Of a stretch of DNA of 64,000 bases, positions 12,960-26,158 are shown in pieces (position 1 is the first letter of the stretch; every line of letters starts with the position of its first letter). The position numbers and the translations under genes were made by a program. Below the pieces are notes generated by a model. The model was not told the DNA's origin. It saw only the letters and a list, made by a program, of their open reading frames with translations, and did no database searches. Source of the DNA: Lepidodermella squamata (lineage: Eukaryota; Animalia; Gastrotricha); contig JBLDXI010000034.1 in NCBI GenBank assembly GCA_047495785.1, positions 744,001-808,000 on the forward strand, read 5' to 3'.

Positions 12960-15047
12960 TCGTAAAATTTTAATGTGAAATCTGAAATCTAAGCTGCTAA
13001 AATTCTGGAATGCCGCCGACTTCATACATCTTTACAGTATAACATAGTGATAGATATTAGCATTAGCTAAAGATTTCCATCAGCTTGCGTTATGCTTTTC
13101 TGCCCTGCCCATTGATAACATGAATTTATAGCGTGTTGGTGTTTTATTACTGATGACGAAAAACATAGTTTTAGGCTGTAGATCAAGCAGTGGGATTCCC
13201 TGGGATGTAAATAGGTGTAGCCAGATCTTCTTCGAGAACTGCTTGTGAAAATGAGGCTACTCGAGGGACAATAATTCAAGGCGGGCTATTATTTCACTGG
13301 CTCATCAGGGTTACGAAAAAATGGTTTGTCAAACCTTGGAGGGATAAACTTCAATCACCAATTAATTTTTTGTCGAACTGGTTGAATGTCTTGATTTTCC
13401 AGAATTCAAATACATATCTATTGATAATGATGATAAAATTGATATAAAATTTGAATACTCCAGAATGTTGGCCGCATTCCGCTCAGGTAGCACTTCTTCA
13501 GTAAAAAATGTGAAAATGTATTAGAAAGTGGTAAAGCATTCTACAACATGATGACATGAGGGACAATCCAGACGAGGAGTATAGTTTTGCCCGCAACAAT
13601 TCTCCTCGCCACCCTTCTCGCACGTGCGAGGGCGCTTAATCGGGAAAAACCGCACTATGTTAGATGCTTGACGTGTTCAGAGTTGAACTAGTTTGAAGTA
13701 TTAAAGTATCAATATTGCAATTTTAATTCTCTCAAAGGGATATGAAAATGGTTTTGAAATGAGAATTCTGGAATAAATGGAATTAGGTGAATCGGAATTT
13801 GACTTGTTTGATTAGTTTATCCTGCCATGCGAAGAGCGTCTTGAAAAAGAGGTTGATATCGATTGCTGGATATTTCGTGTTAGGTGTAGACACGCTTTGC
13901 AAATACCGTTGGATATGTAGAATTCACAGGGCTAGTCTCAGGCGGTCACGATGAAACCGTCTTCTGGGTGAGTCTTCTCTATTTCTTTTATTGCGGCGAT
14001 ATGTAAACGTGAGAATTGCTGATATCACGAACATTATGCTGGCTATTATCCCGCAGACACTCGCAATTATAACGATCTATTTACATACACTTTAAACTTG
14101 AACGAATTCATCGAAGGTTCAAAAACTATACCGATAATCCGTACGATTTTTTCGTAGTGGGATCCAAACTAGTGCGAAGAAAGACAATGACAGCTGATAA
14201 AAAAGACACGGAGGCCAAAGCATGGTAAATCACCTCCTGATCGGGAAAAATAGGTCGCATGAATAAAAAAAATATTCCGTTTATCTCACCGCTAGAAGGA
14301 ATATCTGCGTCATTCTTTTATCTGCGCGTGCAAAGTGGCACAGGTGGAGTAAAAAAATGACGGAAGTAAAAACGGCCAAAACGAAGCTGAGTAACAGAAA
14401 CCAAAGCTGGAAAGAGCAATATTAATCGATTTGAAGATACATAAATGTTGCCTATGATTCTATAGTGCCAGCTCTACCTGTTTCCAGTTCTGCTTCCAAG
14501 CTCCTTTGAACAACGAATCGAAGTCACCGCATATTACTGCAAGTAAAATGTGGAAGAATAAGGTTCGACATGGGGAACAATTGTTACCTGCAATTGCGCA
14601 TATCCCAATCTCAAGCACCTAAACAATAAATGGGCGCAGTCTAATTTGTTATTGGCGTTAGAACCTTCAAACCATAAATATTCCCATTGGCCGAATAAAG
14701 AGAAGCCAATCGACGTTAACTCGCGTACAGCAACGCCTGGATGATTTCCTAAGCGGCGGTGGTTGCCATATGCCAGCGCTTGCGGATAATAATATTTTAT
14801 TACTTATTTTAATTTCATATAACGTTAAAAAAATTATTTCTTGCCGCAGATTTCAACTTATATTGGGATTTGATATCCAGTTTTTCGCTCATATAAGTGG
14901 CATTCAAAGCAAGGAATATCCTTTAAATACCTATAGCCAGCGAGACAAAGACACAGGACACGGACTACGCATGTTTTGCGCAAAGTATTACTCAGCAGTG
15001 AAAAAACCTTTTTCATCGCCGATTCAGCACACAGTCAACCCATATTG

Positions 15048-15130
15048 GGCACCGATTTGGCACCGATTTGGCACCGATCTGGCACCGATCTGGCACCGAT
15101 TTGGCACCGATTTGGCACAAATTTGGCACC
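15048..15130. repeat. 11-bp tandem repeat GGCACCGAT(T/C)T, ~7.5 copies
   Basis: Read directly. Lies just 5' of the MULE remnant and is probably its subterminal repeat. Confidence 0.9.
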
Positions 15131-15159
15131 TTTTTAGCACTCATCCGGCACTGTTCGGC

Positions 15160-16292
15160 AATGTGTGCGGAAAAAATCGTATATTTATTCCTTGAAGGTA
15201 TCGAGCTGAGTCGAAGAGAAAGATCACGTGGATTTGCGTTCGATGCAAGGCGCGGTCGTTCACCAACTTCGAGTATGAGCCGATTGAAATCGACCGATGG
15301 ACCGATCACGATCACGAGAACGACGAGGAAGCCGCTGTTGGTGTTCACGCGCTTCGCAAGATCGAGGAGCGAGCGAAAAATTCACTGGACAAGCCGGCGC
15401 AATTGGCAACAACGAGCCTGGTTTCAGCTGTGACCTACCGCCTGCCGAACGAGAGCGCGACTCAAAGGCGAACGAGGCGCGTTCAGCGCGTGCGGGGGAA
15501 GGTTGATCCCACTCCAGAGGCGCCTGACTCGCTCGCCGTTATCGATGTCCCACTCTTTTGCGCACTTCAACCCGCGGCGAAAAGTAGACAACTTTGGGTC
15601 AAAATGTCGACTTCTTCTTTATTTCGTGTTTTTACAGCTTTTTACTCTATGACTCCGGGGTTGTTGACCCTGAAAGTTGTCTCATTTTCGGGACAGGATC
15701 TGCTGGCTTAATTTTGATTTGGATCTGCTGGCTGGATTGCACCTACCATTTCCTACCAAGTTTACATGCTTCACGCGGTTATGGGAAATACCACGCTTCC
15801 AAAGCTCTACTGCCTCTACCTCACTGACCCTCTCATCAAAAAGCATTGCGAACTGTTGGGTGCCCTGGCTTTCGTCCCCCTCGACCGCGTCGCTGAGTGC
15901 TTCCACGTGCTGGAGAGCAAACTCGCGGCCGTGATTGGACGTGCTCCCACGCTGTCGAGACTATATCAGTACTTCGAGGAAACGTTCATCGGCGTGTACA
16001 GGAACGGCGTGTTGATTTCAAAGCCGCTGTTCGACCCACTGATTTTGAACATGTTCCACGGTGTCCTAAAAGACAAGCCGCGAACGGACAATTGCGCCGA
16101 GGCGTGGCACAAAGCATTTCAGCTCTTCATCAACGAGGCGCTCACCCGACTGTCTACAAGCTTAATCTGGCCTTTCGATCCGAGCAGGATCAGACGGAGC
16201 AGCGGCTAGATCGACTGAATAAAGGCGATGACATCAAGCGCCGCAACGCGAAGTCGGTGAAATCCAACGAAGCCCTCCAACCTTGGTACTAA
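15160..16292 (+). mobile_element. Degenerate, internally deleted Mutator/MULE transposase
   Basis: LGALAFVPLDRV, LYQYFEETFIG, PLFDP and PRTDNCAEAWH align with ALAFLPVEDV, FCTYFNSTW, LFPP and RTNNVVEGWH of the MULE at 26910-29447. Frameshifted, and the central catalytic region is missing. Confidence 0.8.
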
Positions 16293-16902
16293 ATGTCGTT
16301 TGGGTCGACATGTCGCATGTCGCGGATAAATAAATAAGTAATAGAAAATACAATAATGTTGGGGCTTGATATATCGATTAGTACAAAGTGTCTTGGGGTG
16401 TCTTGGGTCAATTTGTCGTACACCCTTTTGCGGGGTGGGAACTATGTAAATTGTAAATATACACACTTGTTTTGTCGGTTTATCACTTGTGTAGCAACTT
16501 TCGTCTTCTGTCTTCTGCTGTGACTGATAATTCCCCTCATTTTGATAATTTCAGTATGTGCCCGTCCGGTGTTATGAGTGGCGCACTGTCCTGGACAAGC
16601 GCCTTTTCGTGCTGTGCCTGCGCCTTTTTTCTTACCTTCCAAATTGTACATTTTCGTTCGTTTTATCTGGAAAAAAGGAGAAAATAAAAAGCTTTTCGTT
16701 TCGTTTCGTAATAGATAAGAACATTTCCAGAGAAAGTTAAAAAAATATAAGTTTATATTTATACAGACACAATACATTTTTTTGCGTAATCTTCAGGAGG
16801 TGTTATGCTAAAAGAGGTAAGGCGCTATCTTCTGAAAATGAGATTATGAGCGCAAGGAAAAAGAAACTTCTCCGCTAGTTTTTGTGATTGTTGAATTTCA
16901 TC

Positions 16903-18195
16903 ATGTCTATTAATTACAACTTCGTAAATACTACCGTCATTTTCCTGACTAGTAGTACGTCAATAGTAATTAATTATTTATTGGTGCTCCTTCTCGTGCT
17001 TGTTGTCCTAATTTTTGCCATTTACACACTTATCATTATTGATTCATTGTGGCAGAAGCAACGATGTCTCCACGATACAATTAGTTCGTACTGCAACGAT
17101 CCTGGTAGTAATCAATATAGGGGGTTATTTTTTCTTTGCTGCACACTCGGAATCGTTTTGATCATTATGCAAATATTGGAGCAATCTTCACATTATGCTA
17201 CTATTAGTGAGAAAGATGGCATACGTTTCAAATTAGATGTTGCAGCTGCTAGCATGTTCTTCTTAGTCGCTTTCTTTCCAAGTAGTAATTCAAACACTAA
17301 TACATTTAGCAGGAAAATAAGTAACGTTTTCCACATAATGTCCGCCTTATTTATGTTTCTGGAATTTTGTATTTCTGAAACCTATTGGACTTATAATTGC
17401 TTAAATACCACTGAAACAACTATTCACAACCCTGGTCTTCCATATGACGCTCTCTTTACTTTTAAATTTCTGTGTTGGGTGGCAAACATTGCTCTAATTG
17501 TTCTTGTTGTTACTCAATCCGTGATCAAAATGTTTATCAACTGGATCTTCATCCGCAGCATCTACAAAAATATCACAAATAACTTGCTTTTTAAAGTATT
17601 TCTTTGCGTTTCCTTGTTGTTGTTACCCGTTGCGTTACCTGTTTATTATTTATTTTGCCGGCTTAATCGAGATCTTCACGAACAACTTCCTGATAGTTCC
17701 ATGAAATGGTATCATTATCCAGAAAAGTTTGTGAAATGTTTGAAAGTCAAACTGTATTTTGTTCTTCCCGTGTATATCGTTGCATTATACATTGTGTTTT
17801 CGAAAACGGTATTTTCAGACAATATACATATTATTGTCATTGTCGTATTGTTGTTTATTGTTGTTGTATTGTCGAAACTTGTATCGAACTATCGGAATGA
17901 TGGAGGGATTGTATGGCGGATCAAGGAAACGTTGATTTGGAATTTGTTTTCCATGGACATACCTGAATTCGAAACGCAAATTGAAAAGAAATCGGACGTT
18001 ATTATCAAAATCGATATACACAATCGATACTGGTACATCCGCATTCTTAACGGTGTCAGTTTCTTTGCAGAAGCAGTAGTTGTAAGTGTCTCCATTGCAA
18101 CAATTCTGTTCGAAAAACTTCATCGCAACCGTTATTTTTTAATGGCTGGAGAAACGAATCCGGGTTCTAGGACTGACAGCTGTCCGGATGATTAA
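16903..18195 (+). CDS. Intronless multi-pass membrane protein of unknown family (weak Frag1/DRAM/DUF998-like pattern)
   Basis: 430-aa uninterrupted ORF with about 8-9 hydrophobic segments; HDTISSY after TM1 and FHIMSALFMF. Noticeably AT-rich. Confidence 0.6.
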   Translation: MSINYNFVNTTVIFLTSSTSIVINYLLVLLLVLVVLIFAIYTLIIIDSLWQKQRCLHDTISSYCNDPGSNQYRGLFFLCCTLGIVLIIMQILEQSSHYATISEKDGIRFKLDVAAASMFFLVAFFPSSNSNTNTFSRKISNVFHIMSALFMFLEFCISETYWTYNCLNTTETTIHNPGLPYDALFTFKFLCWVANIALIVLVVTQSVIKMFINWIFIRSIYKNITNNLLFKVFLCVSLLLLPVALPVYYLFCRLNRDLHEQLPDSSMKWYHYPEKFVKCLKVKLYFVLPVYIVALYIVFSKTVFSDNIHIIVIVVLLFIVVVLSKLVSNYRNDGGIVWRIKETLIWNLFSMDIPEFETQIEKKSDVIIKIDIHNRYWYIRILNGVSFFAEAVVVSVSIATILFEKLHRNRYFLMAGETNPGSRTDSCPDD

Positions 18196-18282
18196 TTATC
18201 TGCGCTTTCGCCGTCACTTTTTGGGGCTTTGTTGTCAGAGAATGATAAAGATAATGAAGTTTTGCAAAACAGAACAATGTAT

Positions 18283-19723
18283 GACTTTGATTTGATTTGA
18301 TTTGATGTATTCAGTAAATCACAGGTCTTAGGTAAATGTAGGTTTTATTCTTATTCCTATCGCTAATTACAAATTACAATAAAAAATATGAGTCAGCCTC
18401 CCGACTTGCGTCGCTACGGTCCAGGATCAACTAGTTAAACATAGGTACATTTAAGTGTCTTATTTGTGCAGGTTAGAACGTCGAATTTCCCAGCAAGACG
18501 GGGAAAGGGCCGGCGCCGAAGTCGCCACGTCGGGTGCCGCAACCAGCACGGTTTCGCGGATAGCGAGCATTTCAACGTTTAGGCCAATAATTTCGACCAC
18601 CTTGCCGGCAAACGCCGGCCATGCAGGTGCTTTGGTGCAACATTCAACATGCAGAGTGCGTGAAAAGACCTCGGAACAGGACAGTTCGACTGGGTTGCCG
18701 AATTGATTTTCCGGATCCGTGCTGGCAGCGGCCCCACGACGGCAACAACTGGACACCATAGCCGATCCCCGCAGCTCAGATTGACGTGCTAGCCCGCCTA
18801 AATTTACAAAAACAAAGGGAATTAAATCATTGCTTTTCGAATTGAGGCTATTATTGTGCAGTGTAACATGATAAAGTAGGTATTAAGCAGGACTAAATTA
18901 ATTGCATCCAATCTTCTTCCGAGGTAGTCTCGGTCACGACAAACGGCGGCACGAGATTCCTCAGTCTCCACGCAGGACAGTGTTCATCGAGGTATTTTCG
19001 GCTTTTCTTGTCGAACTTGCTGCCGCAGACTGTGACGTGGTTGATGTATTCAATCATGAGCTGATTGCCTTCAAAGCATCGTTTGACGAAATTATTCGCC
19101 ATTTTTTGGAAGGTCTCTGTGATACATGGTACGCCAGATATCGCAATTGTACCCCAAATCCCAAATCCCCCAAAAATCGATAGTAAATCAATCAAATCAA
19201 ATCATCCGGCCCGTTTAAATCAAATCAAATCAAATCTTTCGCATAGGGAAACATGAGTATCGTGGTAAAATTCTGGGGATTCTTTCAAATTTCAAGCTTG
19301 GTTTTGGCAGAATGAGTATGCAAGGGCATGAATAGCTCCAGGCTTTGGAAAACAGTTTATTTTATTTATTTAAAGAGCATTGATCCCATGCTCGACTTGG
19401 AAAATTAGGTGCAATTAACAAAAAAAGTGTGCAGAGAGCCGTTAGATTTGTCTGTTCCGTTTCGTTATAAGTCCACAACAATTGAGATGCGTTTGTATAA
19501 AAATAATCAACAACAAATTTTCAAGGCAAATGTGAGTTCTCATGTTAGTAACTGGGGGAATTCCGAGAGTTCAGATTTTTATAAATCAGCAGTAAATCAA
19601 GTGGGCTGAATTTAAATCAAATCAAATCATCCTGAGATTTTCTAAATCAAATCACTAGTAAATCAAATCATCAAAAAATGGCCTAAATCAAATCAAATCA
19701 CAATCAAATCAAATCAAATCAAA
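18283..19723. mobile_element. Second AAATC-rich MITE copy carrying two internal insertions (~18330-19150 and ~19356-19517)
   Basis: 18283-18328 matches the left end of the 10370-10851 element, and 19150-19723 matches its remainder. Confidence 0.75.
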
Positions 19724-22064
19724 ATAGAATGTTCTCACATCAGCTATTCATGTTTGCACTTATTTTATTTTATTTGGGTGATTCTATCAAAAGAGCCGCT
19801 TTCTAATTCTTGGTATTTTCCTGCGACGTAGGTCGTTCTCTTGTCATTAATAGCAACAGGGGACATCAAAAGCAAAAGACAAACATTTTTCAAATCCACG
19901 CCAAAATGATGATTGAATGCATGGAAGGGTTAGAAATTGCAATCAACTCAGACAACTAAACAGCGCGCGAAGTACGGGGAGGAATGGGGGTATCGCACCC
20001 CAAGTTTGCAAGGCAAAAGTGGAAAAACCTCGAAAAAAAATCACAGGGTCTCAAAAAATCTGGGTCCTAAAATACCCCCTAGTTCGAGGATCCTACTTCG
20101 CGCGCTGCAACTAAGGAATATGTGGTAGAGATTTGTTTCATTCGATTTATTTTAGCACGTTGTTAGTTTCAGCGTATTTTTTCATGATTAATTTTTTTAT
20201 TGTGTTTTCATTAATAAAATTTCCCAATAATATTGGCACGCGCTGAAAATGAAAAAGCGAGTTGTAGCAAAAATGATGAATGAATTAAATTTCAAACCAT
20301 CGACAAAAAACTAAGGGTTTTATATTCGAAATATTTATTTTTTCAATTTTCGAGCCAAATATTGTGTTTTATCTCAGTAATTTAACCTTATTACTTTACT
20401 GATCAAATAATGCGTAAGCCCATTCCATAGTTTGCTTAGTTCTATTGATCTCGAGTTTTTTTTACTCACTTCCAATCTGCGAGCCTAACGAACAGATTAT
20501 GATTATTGTTTCTGTCTGTTAGCTTCCGAGTTATTTTCAACTTTCAACTCCAGGTTATAACTCAAATATTGACCGTAACGGAGCAAATCTTCTAAATCCC
20601 CAGTCATTTAATCCTCCCGTAATTTCGAGCGAGTGTCATCCTTAAAATATTCGCTTTTTGGCCTGAAATTACTTATGGAGAAAAACAGCCTGAATTCCGG
20701 ATTTAGGAAGTCTGCATTTGAACTTCCACACTACCTATCTTCACCGTACCCACCCTTATTTTTCGGTGGGCTTAATCAACGAACAATCACTAGTCTTAGC
20801 TAACAGACAACCTATCACCTAATAAATTATGAAGTACGTTTTATTTTAAGACACGCTTACTATTTCCGACACTGATCATGGGTTAGCCGCCATCTTCGAC
20901 CGAAAATTTACCATAAGCTGCAACCCAAATAGCGATCAAAATGAAGCCAAGCTTGCAAATCGAAAATTCTCCATTAACGTGAGATGTGAGTGAGAGTCGG
21001 TTTTTACATCCCTGATTTGCGTCATTATTTCTAAGAATCTGGGTAAATAGATAACTCCGTATTTCGCGCCCGAACTTCAAATTTTACGTGATTCGACAGA
21101 ATTAAATTTTTCTGTCAACAATGATTATTGACAATGTGTCAGCCACTTAATTTTGCGGCCAAAATATTATGGTCCACTATTTTTAAGACGCAGTGATCGC
21201 GGGATTATTCACAGACGGAAATCAGTAGACCCAGTTACCTCAATAGATCGTGCGTAAATCTAAAATGTTTGTCGAAAATTGCTGTTTCCCATGAACTTTT
21301 GTCGATCTAATAGACAGGATCTATGAGCACCAATCATGCTTAGGTCCGAATTTGACCATCCGGTCTAACTATCCCAGGTCGAACGATCAAGCCAGGGTCT
21401 ACGACTGGGAATTGCGATCTATCACCTAAAAAATCTCATTAGCCCGAAATTATTTCTATGAAAGTTATTGTCCCTAACAAACTAGAAAGAGACAATCAAG
21501 AAGATGAAATATTCCAATATTTACACCGCGCGCCATGTTTAGCTAGCGTGCGCGCGCGCGATTTTTCCGTGCACCGCACATCGATGAGCGAGCGAGCGAT
21601 GCGCAAACCAGCACCATCTAGGCAGTACGCGGTCTCCGCATCGATAATTTGCCGCATCGAACGCGAGACTACGACAAGCGGTGTCGTATTCGTGCATAGC
21701 GCACAGTGAAATGAATGAAGCTAACTGCATGTGACACAACATAGGCCTACACACCTGATGCTTCTTCAAAGCGGCGCAGTACCTGTTTTTATAATATTAT
21801 TATTAGCAATAGCAATAATAACTTGAATGCTCTACGACGGCTAACCACGCGTATTTTTGCATTACGACTTGCTTTCATTTAATATTAGGCATACCTATAT
21901 GTACAAACAGCAGCAGTGGCATTGCCTGTGTGTTGACAGCCGCGCGTATAAAACATATTAATAATTCACGAAATTGGGCAAAAAAACTCAACACACCGCA
22001 CAGGCTTGACAATGACTTCACCTCGTTGGCGAAGATTCTTTTCTCTCGGTTTGTAAATACCTAT

Positions 22065-24470
22065 ATGAAGTTGAAAGCTGACCTCAAGATACAGTGCAAG
22101 GTATGCACTGCCCCGTCTAACGGATTCCACTATGGAGGTAAGTCTTTGTCTTGAAAAAATTCTAAAAAAATAATGAACATATTTTGTTTTAGCTTGGACC
22201 TGCGAGGCTTGCAAGGTAATTTTTTCGAAATTTTCCTGAATTTTTATAAAATTTATGTAAAATAGGCATTCTTCCGCAGAGCCCTAACAATGACGGATGT
22301 TAGTCAATCCGAAATGTTCCCATGCCTAGCAACAGGCCCCAGGCCGTCTGAAAGCGACGATTCGGCTAGCAAATTGTGTGATTTGACGACTTCTGGCCGA
22401 AAATGTCCCAAATGTCGATACAACCGGTGCTTGGAGATCGGCATGAGTCAGAAGGCGTCGAAAATTGGCCGGCCGACAAAACGGAATGTTCAAGCCCATC
22501 GCCGCGAATTGCTAGGCCCTGGTAAAAAATCCCCGAAGTCTGAAGAAACCGAAGAAACCGAAGAGAGATCTGACTCCCCGTCGAAGGAAGAAACGTCGAC
22601 CAGCTCCTTGCAGCAAATGATGGATAGTATTCCGAGTTCTCCAGAACCAACCAGCCCGGTTGAGCCTGATTTGCCTGGAAAGCCCGAACCGCCTCCGCCT
22701 CGAGATACCGAGCTATTTCGAGCGATTAAAGATTATCAAATCAAATCTCAATCGAAGCCTTGCGATGGCGAGAAAATGAACTTTTTCCGGTTCATAAAAG
22801 ATTACTCTGGAACCTGTGAAAAGTTGGTTTCTCTTTCGATTTGATTCTTCAATATTCATCTTTCTATTTTTAGACCTGATGAAATCTGGTTGTATGGTTC
22901 GGGTGGTCAGAAGTTCAGTTACAAATCGCTGGATGCTCTCGATGCGGATGATGCGTTGCTTTTCGACGAAGATCCGCTATCGATTTTTACCAAATATTTG
23001 AAAGTTGACGCATTGTCAGCGACAAATCTCAAAAGCACTATGACTCATGAAATGGATGAGCTGAGGCGCGACGTCGTTCAAGCTGCTCGGTTCCTTATGC
23101 ATCTAAATAACGTAAATCATTCATTTATTTTGTGAGTTTTTAAAACCGGAAATTTTCTCCTTTTTGAGAATTTTTAAGAGGGGGCATTTTGAACTACGCA
23201 ATGAAAATTGATCCAGTGTCTGAAAGCTGAACGTCCGGTGTCTGCAACTCCCTAAAAATGTGTTCCGTCGTTGATTTTAAGCCCCGACAGAGAACATTGC
23301 TGCGGTCTATCAAAGACATTTAGGCGGAAATAGCGCCAACCTCCGATATATAAGCTCGACTAGGATCGAATTAGTTGTTCACAAACATGCCGGAGAGCTT
23401 TATTTAGCACGTCCCCAATGCTTTTCCATCTTCAACTATGTCGTTATATGGAACATCCATGTTCTCAACATAATTAAATTTTCGTCCTAGGTCTTCACAC
23501 TCGATAACTGACCACGGAATAAACATGGTAATTAGATCTATTGATTAAGGATGGTGAACAAAAATCACAAAAAGTGTACGGGGGTACGGGGAGTTCCAGA
23601 CACAAAACTCGAAAAAGCTGCAGGGGGGCTATTCGGTCCCAAAATTCCGAAATTAATCCAAACTCCAAACTTATATTCCAGGTGCCTCACTCCTTCGCGT
23701 TGGAGCTTTTCGAAAACGCTATCCTCGGAATCGATGTCGATGGCTTCTGGCGGCACGTCTCAGCTCTGTACGAAGAACAATTCGTCTACATTATCTGCTT
23801 CACCCGCGCTCTACCCGGCTTCGATTCTCTCTCGGTGATAGAAGACCGTGTAACACTAGCCGTTCATTCCGTCTTCACCCTACTCCTGGCAACACTCAGC
23901 CTCGAGTTCGACATGATGACAGAAGCTGTTCGAACGCTATGGCTCTCGAACGAAACTTGCAATAAAGTCATACACCAGTTCCCTTCTATAGCGTCTTTTT
24001 ACGAGGTAAGTTAACCTCCAACGAATGCGAATCTTGACATTCGGATTTAACAGGCTGTTCGAAATGTGTCAATTGACATTGGTTTTGCGATAAAGAGCGC
24101 GAATTTAACTATTGTTGAATTCGGCTTTCTATGCGCGTTAGTCTACTACAACTCAGATCTGCTCAACCTTCAAGATAGGGCGAGTGTCGCCCTACAGGCT
24201 GCCCGCCTTCAAATCGCACTTGAAATCTTCATCCGCGACAACTTTGCTTCTAAACCTTCGACGTCGATGTACAGCGACTCACAGGGATTTGACGCTGGGT
24301 CGAGGCTCGAGCAGTTCAATGCGTTGCTCGATCAATTGAAACGAGCTGGTGAGACATTTACGAAAAAACTGCTTGATCTGCTGGAAAATAAGCCGGAACT
24401 AGTCGAGTGCAGCGGCGAAATTTTCAGAGAAATTCACCGGCGGACGATTAAAACTTGCGGAAAATTATAA
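22065..24470 (+). CDS. Divergent nuclear hormone receptor (C4 zinc-finger DBD + LBD); exons 22065-22137, 22193-22215, 22266-22822, 22874-23111, 23682-24005, 24054-24470
   Basis: Spliced DBD CKVC...FHYGAWTCEACKAFFRRA...C...C...CPKCRYNRCLEIGM, followed by SKIGRP. LBD signature FTRALPGFDSLSVIEDRVTL and an AF-2-like IFREI. Extra exons within 23112-23681 cannot be excluded. Confidence 0.88.
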
Positions 24471-25048
24471 TACTGACGTAATATATCTCTATTCTGAAGA
24501 CCGACATTTTGTTTTATCGACGAAAAGCTGAAATAAAATTATTTTTGTATAAAACGAGTTGGGCACGATATTTTCAATTCGCGCTAAAAAGTTCAGCCTA
24601 ACGCCAGCTAGTTAACGAATTTTGGATCCTTGAGCGATGAATTTCGAGGCAGAAGGGTTCCGGTGTTTTTCCGATTTTCTTTCCTGGACCTTTCGAAGTG
24701 AGGGGTATGGTACCCTTCGCACCCTCTGTGCTTCGTAGAGTTGTTCCTAGCTCAGTGATATAGCTAACTGGTTCGAATCGAAGGTCTCAACTTTATTTTT
24801 AAATTCTTTTATTTTTCAATGTCAACAACATTAGGGGAAAATAAAGCAGACCGATGGCAAATGAGGGGAGCTTGAAGGTAATCCGGGAAAATATTTAGGC
24901 AATTCTTGGTGAATAGTTTTGTATTTCTCAATCGTGAAAAGCACAACAAATTTGAATCTTTCGATTTTTTCTGAATTTTCCAAAATTTCCAAAGCTCCTC
25001 TTACAAGTCACCGGCCAATTTTCTGTTTAAGAATAATTTTTCTATGAG

Positions 25049-25634
25049 CTATTTTGCGGTTTTAACACATTTCTCGCAATACATTGCGCCATTATGTGGG
25101 AAATAGCCATGGCCAACTAAATTAGTCGAACATTTATGACAGTTGAAGCACGTATTATGATAGTGCTTAGCTCCATCCTGCGTCAAAATCTCCTTCTCGC
25201 CCTTGCTGTAGCGCAAGATCGGCTTCTGGCACAACACGCAAGTCGATGAGTTGAGTTCGTCAAAGCATTCGGCGCAAAACGGCTTGCCTTGCTTGTCTGG
25301 GTAGAATTTATCGCCGGCCAACGCTTTTTCACATTTCGCACACGTGAAGCATGTATCGTGCCAATGTTTCGAACCATCAGGCAAACTGATTTGCTTGAAA
25401 GAAAAATTCTTCATTAAAAGGCCTAATTTCATGAAATTTTACCTTGTGCCCTGCCGTGTACTGGCATATCTCTTTCTGGCAGTGGGCGCATTCGTGGCCG
25501 AAAGCTTCATCCATGCACGGCGCACATAGATTTTTGCCTGGTTCAACTTCGAAGTATTTGCCAAGGGTAAACAGAGGTCGCTCGCATTTGAAGCAGCACA
25601 GTGTTAGTTCCTTGTTCCGATCAGATGCTGACAT
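25049..25634 (-). CDS. LIM-domain protein (half LIM + 2 LIMs, FHL/limpet-like), ~178 aa; exons 25634-25443, 25393-25049
   Basis: CxxC...HWHDTCFTCAKC...CAEC and CVLC...HYHNTCFNCHKC...YCEKC; phase-0 GT-AG intron. Confidence 0.85.
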
Positions 25635-26158
25635 TGCGAATTTCTGCAAATGTTATAAAAACTGGTGAATTATGAATTACAACGCGGTTTTGCGGTGCGT
25701 CAGTAATAGCTTTTGATGAATGCAGCGGCTAGTGAAAGGGGCCTTTAATCTATTTATCTGCGCCATGGGTCACGGGTGTTGTCAGTAGCTTTGACGCATA
25801 TGATGGACTTTTCTTTGAGCCCTCAGACACCTACAACTTTGCCAAGTGCGTTTTCCATCAATGCTTGTGCTAGTTTATCGGTAAAAACAGGGTTAAAAGA
25901 CGGGTCTTTCCGACGACCTATTTTGTATTAATGATGCAAATAATACATAATGGAGATTGCGGAGATCCTATGAAAATTAAGGAAATTGCAAAGTTTGTTC
26001 CTTTGAAGCGGCCTGAATATATAAGGTGAAATTGATGGACCTTGAACTTGATTGAATTCAACTCTAAAATCAATTTTTCATTCTTTGAAAATTTTAAAGT
26101 GGATCTAATTCGATTACTTTCGGCTACTTGAAGTTGCTTCTCGTCTATCGTGATTGAA

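Noticed and set aside
13000-14750. Possible gene remnant
   Set aside because: No long ORF or recognisable motif in any frame.
15048-15130. CRISPR-like array
   Set aside because: Contiguous 11-mers without spacers, no cas genes, eukaryotic context.
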